A stretch of 64,000 bases of DNA from Hyalangium minutum (GTDB taxonomy: Bacteria; Myxococcota; Myxococcia; Myxococcales; Myxococcaceae), in NCBI RefSeq assembly GCF_000737315.1, contig NZ_JMCB01000007.1, forward strand, positions 1-64,000. Reading direction: 5' to 3'. Under the pieces are notes generated by a model that saw nothing but the letters and a program-made list of their open reading frames with translations, ran no database searches and was not told the origin of the DNA. Positions 36,740 to 45,387 of the stretch are shown here, piece after piece. Positions within the stretch are counted from its first letter, which is position 1. The number at the start of each line of letters is the position of its first letter. The position numbers were made by a program, and so were the translations under genes.

Positions 36740-38170
36740 TTGCCGAACCTGCTCTCCCGCGGCCTGTTCAACCTGTTCTTCGGTTCCAAGCGCAAGGCGT
36801 TCGAGAAGTTGCCGGGACCCACGCCCGGGGTGCTGGGCACCCTGGGGGATTTCATCGGCCCCAACCCCTGGGATGTGTGCGCGCGGTACGGCCGCGAGTA
36901 CGGGGGCGTCACGTTGATCTGGATGGGACCCAGCCCGGGGTTGGTGCTCAACGATCCGGCGGTCATCGAGGAGATTCTCCTCACCCGTCGGCTCGAGTTC
37001 GAGAAGGGAAACATCGGCACCCAGATCCGGCCCACCGTGGGGGACACGGTCTTCATCGCCAACCAGGGGGAGGACTGGTCCGCCAAGATCAAGGTGGAGC
37101 CCATGGCTCAGCCCTGGGCCGCGGCATGGCTGGCCGCCCTGGTGGGGCCGCTGCAGGCGGCGATCAACGAATCCGTGGACGCCCTGCTGAAGGAGCCATC
37201 GATCGATCTCACGCCCACGCTGCGCCGGCTGACCTTCGACGGCTTCGCGGTGGCGGCCATCGGCGAGAAGACCCCGGACTCGGTGTTCGAGGACTTCATG
37301 CTGTTGGCGAAGGGCGCGGATGCCCGGCTCCAAGCGAAGCTTCCCTTGCGGTTCGTCTCGTTCCCCGAGGGCTTCGAGGCCGCGAAGGAGCGCTTCTACG
37401 GCTACTTCACGGAGCGGGTCCGCCGGGCGCGTGCGGCTTTGAACCCGAGCGCGGTGGATCTGATGTCGTGGACGCTGCGCGAGATGCCCACGGTCAGTGA
37501 TGCGTGGCTCGGGCACATCCTGGGAACGCTCTTCTATGGAGGCGTCTTCTCGACCAGCACCACCCTGGTGGGCGCCTTCCACCAGCTCCAGAAGTATCCC
37601 GCCGCCGAGGAGCGGCTCGCGGCCGAGGCCGCCACGCTGGCCGGTGCTCCGCTGACCTTCGAGTGGCTGCGCGGCGCGCCCTGGAGCGAGGCCGTTGCGT
37701 ACGAGGTGCTGAGGATTCTACCGGCGGTCCGCATCTTCCTCCGCACTCCGGCGGCCGACACGGAGCTGGCTGGAGTGAAGCTGCCCGCGGGTTCGACGCT
37801 CATGGTCTCGAACCAGCACCTGCACCGGGATCCCTCGCACTGGAAGGACCCGGAGACCTTTGAGCCCTCCCGCTGGTTGAATGGAGGCACGGCCCGCGAT
37901 CCGGCCGGGAGCGGGTACTTCTTCCCGTTTGGCCGGGGCCCGCGTGAGTGCGTGGGCGCTCCCTTCGCGTTGTTGTTCCTGCAGACGGCGCTGGCCACGA
38001 TCGCCGCCCGTGTGAAGGTCCACGTCGACTCGACCGAGCCCTTCGAAGAGGGATTCTTCTTCGGCGTCGTCCTGCCAAAGGGCGTCACCGGCCGGTTGAT
38101 CGCACGCCCGTCTCAAGCAGCCTCCCTTCCCGGGAGCGTCCACCCCAGCGCCGCCGTGAAAACCGCATGA
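36740..38170 (+). CDS. Cytochrome P450 with atypical I-helix
   Basis: ExxR (YEVLR), PETF/PSRW and heme motif FPFGRGPRECVG. The I-helix reads GGVFSTS. TTG start lies 21 bp after the LOX gene. Confidence 0.92.
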   Translation: MPNLLSRGLFNLFFGSKRKAFEKLPGPTPGVLGTLGDFIGPNPWDVCARYGREYGGVTLIWMGPSPGLVLNDPAVIEEILLTRRLEFEKGNIGTQIRPTVGDTVFIANQGEDWSAKIKVEPMAQPWAAAWLAALVGPLQAAINESVDALLKEPSIDLTPTLRRLTFDGFAVAAIGEKTPDSVFEDFMLLAKGADARLQAKLPLRFVSFPEGFEAAKERFYGYFTERVRRARAALNPSAVDLMSWTLREMPTVSDAWLGHILGTLFYGGVFSTSTTLVGAFHQLQKYPAAEERLAAEAATLAGAPLTFEWLRGAPWSEAVAYEVLRILPAVRIFLRTPAADTELAGVKLPAGSTLMVSNQHLHRDPSHWKDPETFEPSRWLNGGTARDPAGSGYFFPFGRGPRECVGAPFALLFLQTALATIAARVKVHVDSTEPFEEGFFFGVVLPKGVTGRLIARPSQAASLPGSVHPSAAVKTA

Positions 38171-39027
38171 CCTTGTTCCGCAACCCTCGAGACCGCATCC
38201 CTGTCCTGCTGTTCGCGTGTGTCTTCGCGCTCGATCTGACAGTGTACTTCACGGCGCGCAGTGCGTGGCTCCCTGTCCTCTGGCTCGTCCTGTGGGCGAT
38301 CCCGAAGGGGTGGATCAGCGCGTGGAACCACCACCATCAGCACGTGCCCATGTTCCGCCACGCGTTGCCCAACCGCCTCCTGGATGTGGTGTTCGGGTTC
38401 CAGACAGGGGTGATTTCGCACGCGTGGTTCCTGCACCACGTGCTCGGCCACCACCGCAACTACCTGGACCAGGAGAAGGACGAGGCCCGCTGGAAGCGCA
38501 GCGATGGTTCCCCCATGGGGGAGCTGGAGTTCTCGGCCATCACGGCGCTGGTGGCCTATCCCCGGGCGTTCCGCGTGGGGCTGGAGCACCCGAAGGTGAT
38601 GCGCATCTTCCTGTCGATGGGGGCGCTCCAGGTGGCGCTGCTCGGCTTGCTGTTCTGGCACAACTGGTACAACGCGCTGTGGGTCTTCCTGCTGCCCATG
38701 GGCCTGTCGCTGTACCTGACGGTGTGGGCCACCTACTTCCACCACGTGGGGCTGGACACGACGGCGCACGCGAAGGCCTCGTTCAACATCCTGCACCGGG
38801 GCTACAACCTGATGACAGGCAACCTCGGCTACCACACCGCGCACCACGTGAAGCATGGCCTGCACTGGTCGCAGCTGCCGGAGCTGCACGCGCAGCTGGC
38901 GAAGGAGGTTCCTCCCACGCACTACCGTCAGCCGGGCATTCCGTTCGTGTGGTTCGGCGCGGAAGCCCAGGTGGAGGTGAGTCCCGAGGAGGCTCAGGGT
39001 GTCGGGCTCCTACGCGCGAGGAACTGA
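38167..39027 (+). CDS. Membrane fatty-acid desaturase
   Basis: His boxes NHHHQH, HHVLGHH and YHTAHH. ATGA overlap with the P450 stop. Confidence 0.9.
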   Translation: MTLFRNPRDRIPVLLFACVFALDLTVYFTARSAWLPVLWLVLWAIPKGWISAWNHHHQHVPMFRHALPNRLLDVVFGFQTGVISHAWFLHHVLGHHRNYLDQEKDEARWKRSDGSPMGELEFSAITALVAYPRAFRVGLEHPKVMRIFLSMGALQVALLGLLFWHNWYNALWVFLLPMGLSLYLTVWATYFHHVGLDTTAHAKASFNILHRGYNLMTGNLGYHTAHHVKHGLHWSQLPELHAQLAKEVPPTHYRQPGIPFVWFGAEAQVEVSPEEAQGVGLLRARN

Positions 39028-39057
39028 CCTTGGATTGAGCGCTGTCACCGTCTGCGG

Positions 39058-39795
39058 CTACTTCGCGTTCCGGGGCAGCGCCCACCCGTCCGTCAGGCTG
39101 TGCGGCCCGGAGACCTCTCGCGCCACACGCCGCTTCCGGGCGCGGAAGAGGTCCTCATAGAGCCGCAGGAAGATGTACGCGCCGAGCTCGAGCCCTTGTT
39201 CCACCTGGTACGCCGCGCGGGGATCCTTCGCGGCCAGTGGCTCGATGCACCGGTAGAACCCTTCCGCGTGGCTCTGATCGAGCAGCTCGTGGGTGGGGTA
39301 GTGCGTCAGCTCCTCGGCACGCAGCCACCCGCGCTCCACGATGGCGCGGCCGATTCGCGCCGAGATGCCCGAGAAGAGATCCTCGATGACACCGAGCATG
39401 GCGAGCGCCGTGGGCGTGTCGTCATGCGCGCAGACCCCCTGGAGCGTCGAGTTGAACGCGCGCACCTCGGGCCACTGCGCCCGTCGATCGATCTCGGTGA
39501 GGCTCATCCCCAGCCTCTCGAGCAGGGTGAGGAACGTGCGCTCGTGGCTGAGGGAGAGGTCCCCACCGCCGTGCTCATCGCGCACGTTGTCGAGCAGGCT
39601 CAACCGCTGCTCGGCCCGAGGCAGCCGTGCCGCGAGCACCGCCATCGGGCGGGAGAAGTAGACGACCGCGTGGAGGAACTGGATCTGCGTCTCGACAAAG
39701 TCCTCGCGCTCGAAGGAGCCATCGCTCAGGGCGCGCAGATAGGGACTCTCGAAGGGGGCCAGCCGCACCTTCAGTCTCTGGAGGGCGTCGCGCAT
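39058..39795 (-). CDS. Heme-oxygenase-like diiron oxidase (HDO; PqqC/CADD/TenA fold)
   Basis: All-helical protein with ETQIQF, DNVRDEHG...SHE, VIEDLF and THELLDQSH (HxxxDxxH). Confidence 0.82.
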   Translation of the reverse strand: MRDALQRLKVRLAPFESPYLRALSDGSFEREDFVETQIQFLHAVVYFSRPMAVLAARLPRAEQRLSLLDNVRDEHGGGDLSLSHERTFLTLLERLGMSLTEIDRRAQWPEVRAFNSTLQGVCAHDDTPTALAMLGVIEDLFSGISARIGRAIVERGWLRAEELTHYPTHELLDQSHAEGFYRCIEPLAAKDPRAAYQVEQGLELGAYIFLRLYEDLFRARKRRVAREVSGPHSLTDGWALPRNAK

Positions 39796-39798
39796 GCG

Positions 39799-40713
39799 TC
39801 AGATCTCGGAGGTGGGCATGTGCACCCACGTGACGGCGGCTGGCTGGAGCGAGAGCCGGAGCGAGTAGACCGTGCAGACCGCGCCTGGAGTGACTCCCTG
39901 AGAAGACAGCCAGGAGATGTGGTCGCCCAGGCGCTCGTCGATCGCGAAGCAGGCGCTGCCGGGGAGGCCGTGCCGGACGAGCTCTTCGCCGCACCGTCGC
40001 AGGTAGGCCCCCCACGAGGGCTGCCACGCTTCGGGACCCAGGGGCAGGTGGATGAGCGGCCAGGGCTGTCCCGAGGACACGAGCCGCAGATCCTTGCGTC
40101 CCGCCGTCGAGCAGAACCCCGGCTCGTCCACGTGCCCCGCTGGGCCCAGCACCGCCCCCGGCGAGCGAGGCGGAGGGGGCGCCTTGTCGAGCTCCAGCCG
40201 CGCCAGCGCCTCCGGTGAAGCGAAGTAGAGCTGCAGCCGGACGCCCGCATTGCTCATCTTGAACGGGTGCGCTCCTTGGGCCGTGCGCATCACGTCGCCG
40301 GTGGCTCCTCGCATCGCGGCTCCATAGAAGAGGCGCGTCTGCCGCAGGCCGCGATCGAGGATGACCCTGCCGAGCCCCGTCTGGATGAGCCGGCGCGAGA
40401 GCCCCTGGCCGCGCTCCTCGGCGGCCACCTTGAGATCGCACAGGTAAAGCGCGCGGAACTTCCGGCCGCTCACGAAGACATCCCGCATCACGCCCGCGAT
40501 GGAGCCAATGACTCGCTCGCCCCGGAGTGCCAGGAGGAACCGGGCCTCGCCCAGGCCCGAGAAGAATGGGTGGTACTCGGGACCATGGTCGATGAAGAAG
40601 TGATCCGCTCCGTCGCCGATGGGATAGAGGATCGACTTCTCCAGGCGCCGCAGCTCCGGCACGTAGGGAGCGATCCCGCTCGCGTCGGTGAGCACGAAGC
40701 GGACGCGGCTCAT
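39799..40713 (-). CDS. GNAT-fold acyltransferase
   Basis: LYLCDLKVAAEERGQGLSRRL motif A. Translationally coupled to both neighbours. Confidence 0.75.
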   Translation of the reverse strand: MSRVRFVLTDASGIAPYVPELRRLEKSILYPIGDGADHFFIDHGPEYHPFFSGLGEARFLLALRGERVIGSIAGVMRDVFVSGRKFRALYLCDLKVAAEERGQGLSRRLIQTGLGRVILDRGLRQTRLFYGAAMRGATGDVMRTAQGAHPFKMSNAGVRLQLYFASPEALARLELDKAPPPPRSPGAVLGPAGHVDEPGFCSTAGRKDLRLVSSGQPWPLIHLPLGPEAWQPSWGAYLRRCGEELVRHGLPGSACFAIDERLGDHISWLSSQGVTPGAVCTVYSLRLSLQPAAVTWVHMPTSEI

Positions 40714-41669
40714 GGAGGGCTGACCTTGGTGCCGATCTCGAAGCGCTCGTAGAAGAGACTGCGATCCCGATCCAGGAAGCCCTCGCTCAGCGCGTCATCG
40801 AACACGAATGCGGGCTCGAAGAAGCGGCGCAGCGTGCGCTGGTTGTTCAGCTGCCGGAGGAAGATGCGCGCCCCTGGCTTGGCCTCGTGCACCAGCCGCT
40901 CCGCCCAGGACGCGACGAGCGCGTCGCCCGACCAGTCGAAGATGTTCGAGAGGTGGATCAGCTCGAAGCGCCCGAGGTCCGGCACGTCGAGCAGCGAGCC
41001 CTCGATCAGGTTTACCGGGAGCGCTCGCCCCGCGTGGACGTAGGTCGGAGCATCCTCGGACCGGTAGCGCCCGAGCAGGACGTTCTGGAGGAAGGGGTTG
41101 CGAGCGCCATCGGTCCGCGAGAGCCCGCGCTCGAAGGCGCGCTGGAAGTAGCCGGGATAGGAGCCCCGCTCCGCATGCTGCGTGGCCGCCGGGCCGAACA
41201 TGGCGTGCAGGAAGTCGTCGACGAACGTGACGGCGAATGCCGCGGGCCAGTAGGGCGAGGCTCGCCAGCGCTGGAACAGAGAGCGGCGGGCCGAGAGCGG
41301 AGTGCCGGGTGCGAAGTAGGACTCGAGCTCCTCCTCCGTCAGCACGAACTCCAGCAGGAAGCCACGGAGGATGCGGAAGAGCCCCTCGAAGGCGCCGCAC
41401 TGGTTCAGCCCCTCGCGCGAGGAGTCCCCGACATTGAGCCGGTTCAGCTCGCCGCGCTCCACGGCCGCTGCCTTGTCCTGCAAGTGTGCGAGCTGGGCGG
41501 GGTTGGAGTCGAAGGCAAAGACTTCGAGCTGGGGGAACTCATGTTTCAGTGAGAGCGCGGTGCAGCCGCCCGAGGCCACCAGCAGCACGGAGTGGGCTCC
41601 GGTCGCGCGCACGAGCTGTGCCTCCAGCTCGGGATCCTCGCGGACGACCGCGAACTTGAGACGGCTCAA
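40710..41669 (-). CDS. DUF3419 / BtaA-like SAM-dependent transferase
   Basis: FAVVREDP, VLLVASGGCTAL, FDSNPAQL and LSNIFDW match the BtaA family signature. Confidence 0.82.
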   Translation of the reverse strand: MSRLKFAVVREDPELEAQLVRATGAHSVLLVASGGCTALSLKHEFPQLEVFAFDSNPAQLAHLQDKAAAVERGELNRLNVGDSSREGLNQCGAFEGLFRILRGFLLEFVLTEEELESYFAPGTPLSARRSLFQRWRASPYWPAAFAVTFVDDFLHAMFGPAATQHAERGSYPGYFQRAFERGLSRTDGARNPFLQNVLLGRYRSEDAPTYVHAGRALPVNLIEGSLLDVPDLGRFELIHLSNIFDWSGDALVASWAERLVHEAKPGARIFLRQLNNQRTLRRFFEPAFVFDDALSEGFLDRDRSLFYERFEIGTKVSPP

Positions 41670-41738
41670 CTTCCGTTCCTCCCACCGCAGTGAAGTGACG
41701 TCTCGCTATAACATGGGGGCCTCTGGGAGGGCTCCTCC

Positions 41739-42674
41739 ATGCGCGCCATTTCACTGCCGGCGGAAAAGCTGAATGAACTGCAGCGAATCGAGCACCGGCA
41801 CCTCGTGCGCCTGGTGGTGTTCGCCGCGCTCTACCTGGGGGCCGCCGCCGCGGTGACGGTGTTGGCGGAGCGGGTGACGGGGCCGCTCGGGTGGCTCGTG
41901 CGGGCGCCGCTCTATCTGCTCGCGGCGGCCTCGCTGCACGGCATCAGCCTCTTTACCCACGAAGGTGTACACGGGGCGCTCGCACGGCAGCTCGGATGGA
42001 ACCGGGCGCTCGGCGCGGTCTGCGCGTGGCCGGTGCTGCAGAACTTCTCCGCGTACAAGGTGCTGCACCTGCGGCACCACGCCGACCTGGGCGGTGGCCA
42101 TGATCCGGACCACTACACGAACTACACACCGCGCCCGTGGCTCGTCTTCTTGATGAACTGGGGACGCCTGCTGCTCGGCTATCCCGCGTACATCACGATG
42201 ATCCCCATTCTCGGGTGGCGGCAAGGCACGGCCTCGGACCGCAGGTGGATCGCCTTCGAAGTGGCTGCGGTCTTGGGGCTCGGGGTGCTGGTGGTGGCTT
42301 CGCCGCTGCCGCGCGGGGCGCTGCTCCACGGCTGGGTCATCCCGATGATCATCATCAACACCCTGGTGAACATCCGGGGCATGAGCCAGCACACGCTCCT
42401 GGCCGAGCCCGCTCACCCGATTCGGGGCAGCCGGACGATCCTCACCAACCCGGTGACGACCTTCTTCATGTGCAACGAGAACTACCACCTCGAGCACCAC
42501 CTCTTTCCCCGAGTGCCCTGGTACAACCTGCCGAGGCTCCACGCGCTGCTGAAGGACGAGCTCACCGCGCAGGGCGCTCCGTTCATCCCCTCGTACTTCG
42601 CCTTCGTGCGGCGGTGGGTGCTGCACTCGCTGGGCCGCCGGTCGCCGGAGCTGGACCTGTCCGCTCATGGCTGA
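41739..42674 (+). CDS. Membrane fatty-acid desaturase/hydroxylase
   Basis: His boxes HEGVH, HLRHH and NYHLEHH, plus PRVPWYNLPRLH. Confidence 0.92.
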   Translation: MRAISLPAEKLNELQRIEHRHLVRLVVFAALYLGAAAAVTVLAERVTGPLGWLVRAPLYLLAAASLHGISLFTHEGVHGALARQLGWNRALGAVCAWPVLQNFSAYKVLHLRHHADLGGGHDPDHYTNYTPRPWLVFLMNWGRLLLGYPAYITMIPILGWRQGTASDRRWIAFEVAAVLGLGVLVVASPLPRGALLHGWVIPMIIINTLVNIRGMSQHTLLAEPAHPIRGSRTILTNPVTTFFMCNENYHLEHHLFPRVPWYNLPRLHALLKDELTAQGAPFIPSYFAFVRRWVLHSLGRRSPELDLSAHG

Positions 42675-43551
42675 GGTGCCGAAGCTGTGGGCACACGAGG
42701 CCGCGCAAGGGCTCCTCACGCTGGGCCTCCTCGTGTGGCTCGGGGCGAGCGCAGGGCTGATGCATCCGGCGACGGGGATGATCGCGGGCGTGGCGATCTT
42801 TCAGGCCGTGGTGCTCGTGGCGCTCCGGAGCACTGCCTCGGTGCTCCTGCAGAAGGTGCGGCTCGCGAGCGCCTACGTCGTGGGCCTGGCGCTGTTCAGC
42901 ACGCCCCGGCTCGTAGTGCCCACGCTGGGTCTCTCTGTTCGTGACGAGCTGTTGCTCGGGCTGGATCGCACGCTGTGGGGAGAGACCCCCGCGGTGCTGC
43001 TCGCTCCCTTCGCGAGGCCCTGGCTCACCGAGCTCATGAGCACGTGCTACCTCTCGTATCACCTCTACTTCCATGGCGCGCTCGCCTACGCGCTGTGGCA
43101 GCCGCTGGAGAAGGGGAGACGGCTCTTCGAGTGGATGTTCACCGCCCTGCCACTGGGGATTGCCGGTTATCTGCTCGTGCCCGCCGAGGGACCGTTGAAG
43201 GCCCTGCAGGGGAGCTTCGGGACGCCCCTCTCGGGCGGTCCCATCACCACGCTCAATGATTGGGTGGTGCGGCACGGCAGCGCGGTCTACGACGTCTTCC
43301 CCAGCCTCCACGTGCTGATGACGTGCGTGCTCCTTGAGCACGATCGGCGAGAGCATCCGCGCCGCTTCCGGTGGATGCTCCCGGTGGCGGTGGGGCTCAT
43401 CGTGTCGACGGTGTATCTGCGCTACCACTACGCCGTCGATCTGGTGGCGGGCTTCGGGGTGTTCGTGGCCGTGCGGTACGGGTGGAGCTGGTCAGAAAGG
43501 CGCGCCGGACGCCTCAGCCCTTCTTGGCAGCGAGCACCGCGGGATCGATGA
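42667..43551 (+). CDS. PAP2-superfamily membrane protein, AUR1/IPC-synthase-like (PAP2_3)
   Basis: Multiple TM helices, YLSYH, PAEGP, FPSLHV and YLRYHYAVDL. It overlaps the desaturase stop. Confidence 0.85.
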   Translation: MAEVPKLWAHEAAQGLLTLGLLVWLGASAGLMHPATGMIAGVAIFQAVVLVALRSTASVLLQKVRLASAYVVGLALFSTPRLVVPTLGLSVRDELLLGLDRTLWGETPAVLLAPFARPWLTELMSTCYLSYHLYFHGALAYALWQPLEKGRRLFEWMFTALPLGIAGYLLVPAEGPLKALQGSFGTPLSGGPITTLNDWVVRHGSAVYDVFPSLHVLMTCVLLEHDRREHPRRFRWMLPVAVGLIVSTVYLRYHYAVDLVAGFGVFVAVRYGWSWSERRAGRLSPSWQRAPRDR

Positions 43552-44008
43552 GGAGGACGCCATCCTCATCGGCGAACAGCATGTCGCCGGGGTTGCAGCG
43601 CGTGCCGGCGATCTCCAGGGGGACGTTCACCTGGCCCTCGCCGTTCTTCAGGGAGCGACGTGGAGTGACCCCGAGCGCCCGGATTCCCAGGTCCAGCGTC
43701 TCGAGCACCGCGGTGTCGCGCACGCAGCCGAAGATGACCACGCCCGCCCAGCCGTGGCCGAGCGCCTGCTGGGCGAGCATGTCTCCCATCAGGGCGTAGC
43801 GCTGGCTGCCTCCGCCGTCGACCACCAGCACCCGGCCCTCGCCGAGCGTGCCCACCAGCTCCTTCACCCGCGAGTTGTCCTCGAAGCACTTGACCGTCAC
43901 CACGGGGCCCTGGAAGCGGCGCTTGCCGCCGAAGTTCCGGAAGAGGGGAGGCAGGACGCGGGCCTGTTCGCCGTACGCGTCCGAGAGATCGCAGGTGCTC
44001 TGCTCCAT
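43514..44008 (-). CDS. rraA: RraA-family protein (RNase E regulator / HMG aldolase fold)
   Basis: TCDLSD, FGGKRRFQGPVVTVKCFEDNS, VLVVDGGGS, GCVRD and ADEDG. Confidence 0.93.
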   Translation of the reverse strand: MEQSTCDLSDAYGEQARVLPPLFRNFGGKRRFQGPVVTVKCFEDNSRVKELVGTLGEGRVLVVDGGGSQRYALMGDMLAQQALGHGWAGVVIFGCVRDTAVLETLDLGIRALGVTPRRSLKNGEGQVNVPLEIAGTRCNPGDMLFADEDGVLLIDPAVLAAKKG

Positions 44009-44203
44009 GGGAGGCTCCTTCTGACGGCGGGTATGGCCCGAGAGCGGGCCTGTCTGAGGCTCGCGAGGCTGTATACCGCTCACGAGGGCCTGGCGGGCAA
44101 GCCTTGCTTACCCGCCTCCTCGCCGGACCTACGGACGCGCTAGGGGCCCTGCGGGATGACACGGGCGGCGGTGGTTCGCACCTTGGACCCGGAGGTGCCG
44201 AGC

Positions 44204-44530
44204 ATGGCGGACAGTCCTATCGAGAGGCAGCACCAGCGCGAGCGCGAGCAGGAGCGGCAGCGGCTGCGCGAGCAGGAAGAGAAGGACCTGGAGGTGGAGT
44301 CCCGGCGGGAGCCCCGTCCGCTGGAGGGCTTCGCGGGAGGGCACACCACGTGGACGGGCCAGCAGGACGACGAGGCCGCCGCGCGAGTGCACGCCCGAGA
44401 CGCCGAGGAGTCGTGGAAGGCCAGTGAGCGTCAGGCCCGCCTGGAGCCAGAGCCAGACCAGCGCGATCCCGACATCGACGAGCAGGCGCGCCTGCGCGGC
44501 GAGGAGCCCGTCTCCCATCGCGAGGAGTAG
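44204..44530 (+). CDS. Small acidic hypothetical protein
   Basis: RBS GGAGG. Highly charged 108-aa ORF with GC3-biased codons. Confidence 0.7.
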   Translation: MADSPIERQHQREREQERQRLREQEEKDLEVESRREPRPLEGFAGGHTTWTGQQDDEAAARVHARDAEESWKASERQARLEPEPDQRDPDIDEQARLRGEEPVSHREE

Positions 44531-44538
44531 CGTCGGGT

Positions 44539-45285
44539 TCAGGGCGCTCGCAGGAAGTACGCGAGCGTGATGAGGGCGGAGAGAATCGAGACGCCCATCC
44601 GGAGGCGCCGGGGGGCCCAATACCGGGCAGCCCGCGCTCCCAGATAGCCGCCCCACATGGCGGCGAACAGCAGGGCCAGTGTCTGGGGCCACCACACCTT
44701 GCCCGCGGCGATGAAGCACACCACGGCGACGGCATTCGTGGCGGCGACGAGGAGCGTCTTGGCCGGGTTCAAGGTGGTGAGCTCCGCGGGGCTGAGCAGG
44801 CTCCACACCGCCATCATCATGATGCCCACGGCCCCGCCGAAGTAGCCGCCGTACACCGCGAGCAGGAACTGAGCCATGAGCACCGGGCCTGCTCCGATGC
44901 GCCGAGTGCGCCGCAACACCTGGCCTGCGCGTGGACCGAATACGAACACCAGCGTCGCCAGCAGCAGCAGCCACGGGATGAACGCATTGAAGACGGAGAG
45001 GGGCGTGAGCAGCAGCAGCAGTGCGCCCACGAACCCACCGGCGAGGCTCACCCCCATCAAGGCGCGAAGGGAGACTCCACCCATGGCCGTGAGGTCAGCC
45101 CGGTAGGCCCACGTGCTGGCGAGGCTCCCGGGCAGCAGCGCGACCGTGCTGGAAGCATTCGCGGAGACCGAAGGCACGCCCACGAGCATGAGAGCGGGGA
45201 GGGTGACGAACGAGCCGCCTCCCGCGAGGGCGTTCATGGCACCCGCGAGGAAGCCTGCTCCGGCCAGAAGCATCCAGGTGTTCAT
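44539..45285 (-). CDS. Sulfite exporter TauE/SafE-family membrane protein
   Basis: AGAMNALAGGGSFVTLP and YGGYFGGAVG with multiple TM helices. Confidence 0.92.
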   Translation of the reverse strand: MNTWMLLAGAGFLAGAMNALAGGGSFVTLPALMLVGVPSVSANASSTVALLPGSLASTWAYRADLTAMGGVSLRALMGVSLAGGFVGALLLLLTPLSVFNAFIPWLLLLATLVFVFGPRAGQVLRRTRRIGAGPVLMAQFLLAVYGGYFGGAVGIMMMAVWSLLSPAELTTLNPAKTLLVAATNAVAVVCFIAAGKVWWPQTLALLFAAMWGGYLGARAARYWAPRRLRMGVSILSALITLAYFLRAP

Positions 45286-45387
45286 GCCACGAGCTTGCGA
45301 GCCGTCGAGGCCCCAGACAATGTGGCAGTGGCGAAGGTAGCCTTCGGATTCTCCGAAGGCAGAGCGGTGCGCCTTGCTCCGGGAGCC

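Noticed and set aside
40710-41669. Canonical betaine lipid (DGTS) synthesis
   Set aside because: No BtaB-like methyltransferase is nearby and the partner genes are a GNAT and an HDO, so the function is left open.
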